Under the pieces are notes generated by a model. That model was given only the letters and a program-made list of their open reading frames with translations. It had not been told where the DNA came from and searched no databases. The position numbers and the translations under genes were made by a program. A DNA stretch of 11,624 nucleotides from an archaeon. GTDB taxonomy: Archaea; Iainarchaeota; Iainarchaeia; Iainarchaeales; CSSED10-239. The DNA lies in the NCBI GenBank assembly GCA_035387745.1, contig DAOOON010000017.1:1-11624 (forward strand), read 5' to 3'. Within the stretch, counting starts at the first letter, position 1. Every line of letters begins with the position of its first letter. This document shows, piece by piece, positions 6,186-11,624 of the stretch.

Positions 6186-7928
6186 CTATTTTTCTTGCAT
6201 TCTAAATAGCTTTTCTAGTTCTCTCTGACTGGTTGTATCATGAGAGCTTTTATCTGTTCTAACTTTAACAAGCCTTGGAAAGCGAAGAGCTAGGCCTTGC
6301 TTTGTCTCAGGATCAAAACTTGCAGTGTGTATTGGGCTTTTTGTTATTTCATCATAGTTTATCTCAACCACAATCTCTGGATAAACATAAAAATCCGGTG
6401 AAATATTTGTTACTAAATTTTTTGGTCTTGTTTCAAGCTTTATGGACTCTAGCTTTTCTGCTAAGTCTAGAAGTGTTGCATCAGTTAGGCCAGTTCCAAT
6501 CTTTGCTAACGTGAAATATCTGTCTTCTTCTTTATCATAAAGCGCGACAAGAAGTGCACCAATGCCTTTGTCTGTTCTTTTGCCTTGACCAAAGAAGGCA
6601 CCTACAATTACTGCATCGATGGTATCAAGGCTTTCTGAGCCTTTGTAAGACTTCTTAAACTTTATCCAAGAATAGCCACGAGAGCCTGCCTTATAGCTTG
6701 CTTCTAAGTCTTTTGCAATAATTCCTTCAAAACCATCTTTTATAGCAGTATTAAAAAAATTTTCTAAGTCTTCAAGCTTGCTTGTAATAAGAATTTTTGT
6801 AGGTGCAACAAATGGCGCATGATTAAAATACTTCTCAACAAATTTTCTTCTTTCTCTAAATGGAAGATAATAGATGTCTTTACCATCAAGATATAAACAA
6901 TCAAAAACCTTTAGATGTAAAGGAAGCTCTTTTGATTTCTCGCCTATGTCATATTTCCTTTTTCGCGTTATTGTTATTTGAAAGGTGTGATATTTTTTTT
7001 TTATGGGGTCATATGCAATTGACTCGCAATCAATTATAAAATCATGCTGTATTCTTTTAACTGCTTCTACAATTTCAGGAAACATCTTTGTTATGTCTTC
7101 TTCTTGTCTTGAAAAGATCTTTATTTCGTTTCCTTTCTTATGTATCTGTTGCCTAAAGCCATCTATCTTTGTATCAACTGCTATAACTTTTAGTCTCTCG
7201 TGAATATCTTTAAGACTTTCGGCTCTTTCACAAAGCTGTGACTTGATTGGAATAAATGGCATAATCTTTAAAGAATCAATTCCTTTTATCCCTTTTTCTT
7301 TAATTATCTTTCCAATCAAACCAAGATCAGAAACTAGTTGATATTTTTCAGTAATAGCTTCTTTTGCAATCTTTTGCTCTTCTGCTTCTATTGTTGAAAG
7401 GCTAGCTAATGCATCAATTATTGTGGAATCTCCAAAGCCAAGCCTAAAAGATATTGGAAATCTTACTAGATATTTTGCTGAAGCAGGACTTGAGTTAAAA
7501 AGAACAAACTTAAACAGCTGTTGTTTCTTTTCTGTGGAACCAGTACCTGTTGTTTCTGCAATCTTTTGAAAGGTCTCAAAGACTTCTCTAAATAATAAGG
7601 GCTTATAAAAAAGAGTTGATTGTTTTCTTTTAGAATGGTGCTTTTCAATAACAAGACCAATGTCTCCTAAAGTATAAAATTCTTTTTTTATTTCTTCTTG
7701 AGGAATTGAAAGATATTCTGAAACTAGAGAGATTAAAGTTGCTTGGCCAATATTTATTTCTTTTGTTTTATGTTTTGGACCAAGAGTGCCTTGACAAAAA
7801 TAAATTAAATCTTGAATTTCTTCTTTTGAAGTTTCTAAAAAAAGCTTTTTTAAAATTTCAGTCATCTCTAGACGACTATTAGTTTTACTGATTTTTTCAA
7901 AGTATTCAGATATAACATCAAAATTCAA
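6186..7928 (-). CDS. lig: ATP-dependent DNA ligase (archaeal/eukaryal Lig1 type)
   Basis: 580 aa. Motif I is KIDGFR, with adenylation Lys254 at codon 7167..7169. Other motifs are IIDCES (III), LKVFDCLYLDG (IIIa), EGIIAKD (IV), WIKFKK (V) and LRFPRLVKVRTDK (VI). The start is TTG at 7928, with an in-frame TAA immediately upstream (7929..7931). An SD AGTGAT at 7935..7940 lies 6 nt before it. Confidence 0.95.
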   Translation of the reverse strand: MNFDVISEYFEKISKTNSRLEMTEILKKLFLETSKEEIQDLIYFCQGTLGPKHKTKEINIGQATLISLVSEYLSIPQEEIKKEFYTLGDIGLVIEKHHSKRKQSTLFYKPLLFREVFETFQKIAETTGTGSTEKKQQLFKFVLFNSSPASAKYLVRFPISFRLGFGDSTIIDALASLSTIEAEEQKIAKEAITEKYQLVSDLGLIGKIIKEKGIKGIDSLKIMPFIPIKSQLCERAESLKDIHERLKVIAVDTKIDGFRQQIHKKGNEIKIFSRQEEDITKMFPEIVEAVKRIQHDFIIDCESIAYDPIKKKYHTFQITITRKRKYDIGEKSKELPLHLKVFDCLYLDGKDIYYLPFRERRKFVEKYFNHAPFVAPTKILITSKLEDLENFFNTAIKDGFEGIIAKDLEASYKAGSRGYSWIKFKKSYKGSESLDTIDAVIVGAFFGQGKRTDKGIGALLVALYDKEEDRYFTLAKIGTGLTDATLLDLAEKLESIKLETRPKNLVTNISPDFYVYPEIVVEINYDEITKSPIHTASFDPETKQGLALRFPRLVKVRTDKSSHDTTSQRELEKLFRMQEK

Positions 7929-7949
7929 TTAAGAATCACTTCTTTTATT

Positions 7950-9413
7950 TTAGTAGCTTCTAGCAACATAGACATAGTGCTTTGCTTTGTTGCCACAGAT
8001 AACGCACTGCTCATCATGCTCAGGAACTTCTGTAATATCCATTCTTATTCCTCTGACTTCTCCACCATCTGTTGCTGCTTTTAACTCATCAAAACATTTT
8101 TTCCCATCTGGGTCTATAGAACAGAAAGGAATTCTTACAAGCTTTCCTTTGTTTATTTCAGAAACTAATTCTTCTTTTGTTGTTGCGATTGCTAATGATT
8201 CTTCAAAATCATCATCTGCTTGACTTCTTAAATTGTCTGTAAACTCCATAGATATTTTTTTTAGGCTATCGAAAAGATCAGCGAATAATACTTTCTCTTT
8301 AGTATTTAGATCTCTTCTAAATAATACAACTTGAGACTCTTCAATATCTTTAGGGCCAATCTCTATTCTTAGTGGTACGCCTTTCATCTCATAAAATGAA
8401 AATCTTTCCTTTGGTTTTTTTTCTTTATTGTCATCAATCTTTACTCTATAACCTAATTTGTCAAGATCGCTTGCAAAATCTAAACATATTTTTTCTAATT
8501 GCTCAATATCTTGACCAGAGAAATATAGGGGAACTATAATTATCTGTATTGGCGCCAATTCAAAAGGCAATCTTAAACCATTCTTGTCTCCATGTACTCC
8601 AATTAAACCGCCATACATTCTTGTTATGCCAGGACCATAACAAGTACCATAAGGAATCTTAGTTTCTTCGTCTTTATCTCTAAACTTAACATTAAATGTT
8701 TTTGTAAATTTCTGGCCTAGAAGGTGTGTGGTTGCTAGTTGACAGGCTTTGCCGTTTGGCATCATGGTGTCTGCTGCAAAGGTGTCTTCTGCTCCTGCAA
8801 ATTTATCCCATTGTGGGCGTTTAAAGAAAATAAATGGTATGCCTAGTTCTAAATGTATTATGTCTTCAGTTATCTGCATGTCTTGAAGAACCTGTGCATA
8901 TGAGTCGTCATAGGTTTCAAAGATATTGTGCGTTTCAAACCAATAGAATTCTCTGCCTCTAAAGAAAGGTTTTGTTTGTTTTGTGTCGTATCTAAAGATG
9001 TTTGCACGCTGATAGGTTTTTATTGGAAGATCTCTATAGCTTTCAAGCCAATATGCAAACATGTAATAGAAAGCTGTTTCTGAAGTTGGGCGTAATGCAT
9101 ATCTTTGCTCAAGCTTTTCATCACCGTGCTCTGTTACCCAAAAAACCTCGGGAGTAAAGCCTTCAACATGCTCTGCTTCTTTAAAGAAGTTCTCTTCTGG
9201 GATTAAAACTGGCATCATAACTTGTTGGTGTGCTGTTTCATCAAATATGTCTTCAAACAATCTAAATATCTTGTTTAGAGTAAATGTTGACCATGGTCTA
9301 TAGACTACTACGCCTTTGATATTATACCTTAAATCAGCAAGCTCTGCTCTTTGATTAATATCATTAAACCATTCATTAAAATCTTTTATTTTTAGTTCTT
9401 CATTTGATGCCAT
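7950..9413 (-). CDS. proS: Prolyl-tRNA synthetase, archaeal/eukaryal type with C-terminal Zn-binding domain
   Basis: Class II motifs are LRPTSETAFYYMF, FRGREFYWFETH and GPGITRMYGGLIG. The anticodon-binding domain is APIQIIIVPL. The C-terminal part is CSIDPDGKKC...CVICGNKAKHYVYVARSY, ending in the typical terminal Tyr. The track starts at GTG 9422. I prefer ATG 9413 (MASNEELKIKDFNEWF), and either is possible. Confidence 0.95.
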   Translation of the reverse strand: MASNEELKIKDFNEWFNDINQRAELADLRYNIKGVVVYRPWSTFTLNKIFRLFEDIFDETAHQQVMMPVLIPEENFFKEAEHVEGFTPEVFWVTEHGDEKLEQRYALRPTSETAFYYMFAYWLESYRDLPIKTYQRANIFRYDTKQTKPFFRGREFYWFETHNIFETYDDSYAQVLQDMQITEDIIHLELGIPFIFFKRPQWDKFAGAEDTFAADTMMPNGKACQLATTHLLGQKFTKTFNVKFRDKDEETKIPYGTCYGPGITRMYGGLIGVHGDKNGLRLPFELAPIQIIIVPLYFSGQDIEQLEKICLDFASDLDKLGYRVKIDDNKEKKPKERFSFYEMKGVPLRIEIGPKDIEESQVVLFRRDLNTKEKVLFADLFDSLKKISMEFTDNLRSQADDDFEESLAIATTKEELVSEINKGKLVRIPFCSIDPDGKKCFDELKAATDGGEVRGIRMDITEVPEHDEQCVICGNKAKHYVYVARSY

Positions 9414-9474
9414 AATATTCACATTTAACTATAATATTTATTAGAACAATAATTTAAAAATAATGATGCTTTAG

Positions 9475-10110
9475 CTATTTGCCAAACAAGTTATCCATTA
9501 ACTCGTTAAATTCTTTTATTAACTTGCCTCTAGAAACATGTGTGTTATATAAAGAAACATGCAAATTTCTAATATTTTGAATAATCTCTAAATATGCTTC
9601 TCTTTTCTCTAATGTTGAAGTACTATTAGAACTGCACTTTTCTGCTAAACTGTTTAAACTGGACAATATTTCTTTTTGAAAAGAATTTGTTTTTTCGAAT
9701 TTAAATAATCTTTGTATATTTGAATTAAGGGGTTCTGCTAATTTATTAAGGTCTATTGTTGGACTATCTAATCTGCTAAGCATTCTTTTAGAAAGACCCC
9801 AGATTCTTAATTTTGTTTTTAATTTTACTATCTGTCTATTAAGATAGTCATTTGGATATCTTGGATCGACATGTCTTAATTTTGCTGCAAGATCATTACT
9901 TAGTTCTGAGATTTTTCTATCTGCGGTATTTTTTGCAGTTTTTATTTTTTTAAAATTTTTTAATAAAGCATCAGGTACTTTTGCTTTCTTTGGTTTATTA
10001 ATGGTTTTACCCCAGATTTCTCTTTGAGAAGTAGATTTTTGTTTTTTTTTAACTAAACTCCAAATTTCTAATTGTTTTGAAGTTCTAATCTTTGCTATAG
10101 TTTTCACCAT
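9475..10110 (-). CDS. Hypothetical basic, predicted all-helical protein (211 aa after start correction); no family recognised
   Basis: The track ORF (9475..10152) overlaps the tRNA-Pro gene by 30 nt. The first ATG outside the tRNA is at 10110 (MVKTIAKIRTSK...). A 211-codon ORF in stop-rich AT-rich DNA is unlikely to be chance. The N-terminal third is Lys-rich. An (E/R)IW(S/G) motif occurs three times: LEIWS, REIWG and LRIWG. Confidence 0.6.
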   Translation of the reverse strand: MVKTIAKIRTSKQLEIWSLVKKKQKSTSQREIWGKTINKPKKAKVPDALLKNFKKIKTAKNTADRKISELSNDLAAKLRHVDPRYPNDYLNRQIVKLKTKLRIWGLSKRMLSRLDSPTIDLNKLAEPLNSNIQRLFKFEKTNSFQKEILSSLNSLAEKCSSNSTSTLEKREAYLEIIQNIRNLHVSLYNTHVSRGKLIKEFNELMDNLFGK

Positions 10111-10116
10111 TTTATT

Positions 10117-10121
10117 AAAAA
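10117..10121 (-). terminator. T5 run immediately 3' of tRNA-Pro (possible archaeal terminator)
   Basis: The minus strand reads ...CAGCCTC-A-C-TTTTT-AATAAA-ATG. The T5 starts 2 nt after the discriminator base and ends 6 nt before the ATG at 10110. Confidence 0.35.
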
Positions 10122-10122
10122 G

Positions 10123-10196
10123 TGAGGCTGCCCCGATTTGAACGGGGGTCAAAAGCTCCCAAAGCTCTTATGATAACCAAGCTACACTACAGCCCC
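10123..10196 (-). tRNA. tRNA-Pro(UGG): tRNA-Pro, anticodon UGG, 74 nt, no intron, CCA not encoded
   Basis: The fold was done by hand on the minus strand: GGGGCTG TA GTGT AGCTTGGTTA TCAT A AGAGC TTTGGGA GCTTT TGAC CCCCG TTCAAAT CGGGG CAGCCTC A. The acceptor stem is 7 bp with one G-U. U8, A14, G18, G19 and A21 are present. The anticodon stem is 5 bp. The anticodon loop is UU-UGG-GA (anticodon at 10159..10161, G37 at 10158). The T-arm is CCCCG/CGGGG with a TTCAAAT loop, and the discriminator is A. It is a GC-rich island in AT-rich DNA. Confidence 0.93.
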
Positions 10197-10221
10197 ATAA
10201 TATATAATATATTATAGATAA

Positions 10222-10231
10222 TATTTATAAA
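10222..10231 (-). promoter_or_regulatory. Putative TATA box (TTTATAAATA) upstream of tRNA-Pro
   Basis: The minus-strand TTTATAAATA spans about -35 to -26 relative to the mature tRNA 5' end. That fits if a short leader is removed by RNase P. The AT-rich context makes this weak. Confidence 0.3.
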
Positions 10232-10247
10232 GAATAACTTTTAAGAA

Positions 10248-10931
10248 TTATTGATAACTACCAGGATTTGTCATTAGATCATAAAGCTCTCCAGAACATC
10301 TGCTCATATCTTGAACTGCAGTTTCAAAATCCAAACTATTATCATATAAACAGATCATTTCTTTATTTACCCATTCTGGATTTGGATTTGCAGTAAATTT
10401 GGATTTTACTTCACATAGGCCCTCTTTTGGGCCAATTATTTCATAATAATAAGTAATTGTTTCAAATAGCTTTGATTCTACACTTGCTGATTGACAACTT
10501 GCAAATTTTTGTTTAAAATCTTCGTAGCCTTCCTCAGTTACTACTTCCATATCAACATTGACATCAATATGCATTTGGCCAAAATTATCCCCATTTTCAT
10601 CAACTAGATTTATATCTTTTTGTGTTGCGGAATTTACATTTTCGGAAACCGATCTTTCATTATTAAAAACAAAAAAATACAAACCTGCACTAATTAAAAT
10701 TAATACAATAATTCCAATAATTATTATTGGCAAAATTTTATTTCTTTTTGGCATAGTAACAGATACTGGTGCAATTATAGAATTATTATTTTCAATATTC
10801 ATAGCTTCATTAATTTCTTCAGTAGTATAGCCTTCTTTAATTAATGCTTCTTTAATCTGATCTGGACTATATCCTTCTGCTGATTTATTTTCTGCCCATT
10901 TCCTAAGTTCTTCATTTACCATAATCATCAT
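10248..10931 (-). CDS. Single-pass membrane protein: cytoplasmic tandem EGY(S/T)xxxI(K/N)EA(L/M) helical motif, TM, and Cys4 extracytoplasmic domain; family not recognised
   Basis: 227 aa. EGYSPDQIKEAL and EGYTTEEINEAM are in tandem (residues 19-44, 10800..10877). KRNK precedes the TM ILPIIIIGIIVLILISAGLYFFVF (positive-inside). The C-terminal domain of about 135 aa has four Cys. A TATA-like CATTTATAAAC lies about 25 nt upstream of the start. Confidence 0.7.
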   Translation of the reverse strand: MMIMVNEELRKWAENKSAEGYSPDQIKEALIKEGYTTEEINEAMNIENNNSIIAPVSVTMPKRNKILPIIIIGIIVLILISAGLYFFVFNNERSVSENVNSATQKDINLVDENGDNFGQMHIDVNVDMEVVTEEGYEDFKQKFASCQSASVESKLFETITYYYEIIGPKEGLCEVKSKFTANPNPEWVNKEMICLYDNSLDFETAVQDMSRCSGELYDLMTNPGSYQ

Positions 10932-10970
10932 TATTATTTAGAGAAAAAACATTTATAAACAAAGCTATTT

Positions 10971-11624
10971 TTAATTTACTTGGTTATTCCAAGCTTGCCA
11001 GTGCATTTGAAAGTTATCTAGATACTGCTTTGAAATATTTTGGTCTTTTATTATCAATAAGGTTTCATCATTATTGTTTGTACCGTTGTTTGAGAAATTC
11101 ATGGAACCAGTTGTCAGGACTTTGCCATCAAAAACACAAAACTTGTTATGCATCAAATATGGCTGGTTATCTTCAATAACTTCTATGCCCTCTGCTTTTA
11201 GTTTTTGATATTCTGAATATTGGCTTGTCTGCTGAGTCTCTAGAATTACTTTTATGTTTGTTCCGGTCTTTCTTTCTTCAACTAAGGCATCACCAAAATC
11301 GTCAAGCGTGAAACTATACATCATACATACTATTGATTTTTCTGCATTTGAAATTTGAGTTAGCACTTGGGTTTTACAATTTTCGTTTGGGCAGAAATAA
11401 ATTGAGAAGTTTTCATTAAAGGTTTTTCCTAAAACACTTGATGACTTTGAGAAGTTTCCAAGATAGAAAGAATCAATCTTTTCTTTTAGAGTTTTTGAAA
11501 GTTCTGTATTTTCAAAAACTAAAATATTGTTATAACTTTGAGAGAAGCTGTTTTCTGTAAAGTTTGTTGAGCCTATTAGAGAGATGTTATTATCAAAAAC
11601 ACAAAACTTGTTGTGCATGTAGCT
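10971..11624 (-). CDS. Phospholipase D superfamily (HKD) protein, Nuc-like endonuclease/phosphodiesterase type; N-terminus outside the window
   Basis: There are two complete HxK(x4)D(x6)GSxN motifs: HNKFCVFDNNISLIGSTN and HNKFCVFDGKVLTTGSMN. The frame stays open upstream of the track ATG (11619..11624 encode S-Y), so the first catalytic lobe starts beyond the window. The second lobe (FCPNENCKTQVLTQISNAEKSIVCMMYSFT...IKVILE) is Nuc-like. Confidence 0.87.
   Translation of the reverse strand, partial: SYMHNKFCVFDNNISLIGSTNFTENSFSQSYNNILVFENTELSKTLKEKIDSFYLGNFSKSSSVLGKTFNENFSIYFCPNENCKTQVLTQISNAEKSIVCMMYSFTLDDFGDALVEERKTGTNIKVILETQQTSQYSEYQKLKAEGIEVIEDNQPYLMHNKFCVFDGKVLTTGSMNFSNNGTNNNDETLLIIKDQNISKQYLDNFQMHWQAWNNQVN
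11127..11153. repeat. 27-nt direct repeat, copy 1 (encodes the second HKD motif)
   Basis: ATCAAAAACACAAAACTTGTTATGCAT matches 11592..11618 at 26 of 27 positions. Confidence 0.9.
11592..11618. repeat. 27-nt direct repeat, copy 2 (encodes the first HKD motif)
   Basis: The sequence is ATCAAAAACACAAAACTTGTTGTGCAT. It lies 465 nt (155 codons) from copy 1. Confidence 0.9.

Noticed and set aside
6275-8223. Track ORFs 6275..6514 (+), 7003..7203 (+), 7466..7660 (-) and 7987..8223 (+) within lig and proS
   Set aside because: All are nested in strongly supported housekeeping CDSs, either antisense or out of frame. None has recognisable domains.
10111-10152. N-terminal 14 codons of the 225-aa track ORF (MTPVQIGAASLFNK)
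   Set aside because: This stretch mostly overlaps the acceptor and T-arm of a canonical tRNA-Pro gene on the same strand, so the CDS start was moved to ATG 10110.
10558-10830. Track ORF 10558..10830 (+), antisense to the membrane-protein gene, with a hydrophobic stretch
   Set aside because: The hydrophobicity mirrors the TM-coding region on the opposite strand. There is no promoter or SD context.
9475-10931. Possibility that tRNA-Pro marks an integrated mobile element or genomic island
   Set aside because: No integrase or recombinase is present, and I saw no duplicated copy of the tRNA 3' half (att-like direct repeat) anywhere in the window. The downstream genes, proS and lig, are core housekeeping.
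10971-11624. Calling the PLD/HKD gene part of a defence system (for example DISARM-like)
   Set aside because: Only the HKD protein is visible, and it is truncated at the window edge. No helicase, methylase or other partner genes are present downstream.
1-11624. CRISPR arrays, long tandem repeats, or recoded stop codons
   Set aside because: By eye there is no periodic repeat-spacer structure. All conserved genes read through with the standard code and end in TAA or TAG.

Overview
This is a visibly AT-rich, very gene-dense archaeal window. The archaeal assignment rests on an archaeal/eukaryal-type ProRS, an ATP-dependent DNA ligase, Trm5, ScpA/ScpB, a class III signal-peptide pilin, TATA-like AT-rich intergenic regions and several GGTGA-like Shine-Dalgarno sites. 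A small-genome DPANN-like archaeon is my inference and has not been demonstrated. I support 12 protein genes and one tRNA. Two of the protein genes are cut by the window edges. One of those two, a membrane protein at 1..385 (-), is missing from the supplied ORF track and was found by hand translation. The tRNA is tRNA-Pro(UGG) at 10123..10196 (-), hidden under the 5' end of the 225-aa track ORF. Gene order is: DUF63-like membrane protein (-), Trm5 (+), then a tight minus-strand block of pilin, scpA, scpB and a secreted Lon-type S16 protease. Next come a KaiC-like ATPase (+) and a long minus-strand run of PLD-like HKD protein, membrane protein, tRNA-Pro, basic orphan ORF, proS and lig. I see no CRISPR array, transposase, integrase, or recognisable defence or toxin-antitoxin cassette, and I cannot honestly name a complete novel system. 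The items most worth follow-up are listed below.
- Two perfect GC-rich 10-bp inverted repeats sit inside the DUF63-like gene. One closes a 66-nt, in-frame nested palindrome.
- The ATPase-less extracytoplasmic Lon-type protease carries a large uncharacterised helical ectodomain and a SHOCT-like tail. It appears co-transcribed with a PKD-like pilin and ScpAB.
- The tRNA-Pro / basic orphan ORF / ProRS cluster has an ORF start codon only 12 nt after the tRNA.
- An orphan KaiC-like ATPase is divergent from the pilin operon across a palindromic promoter.
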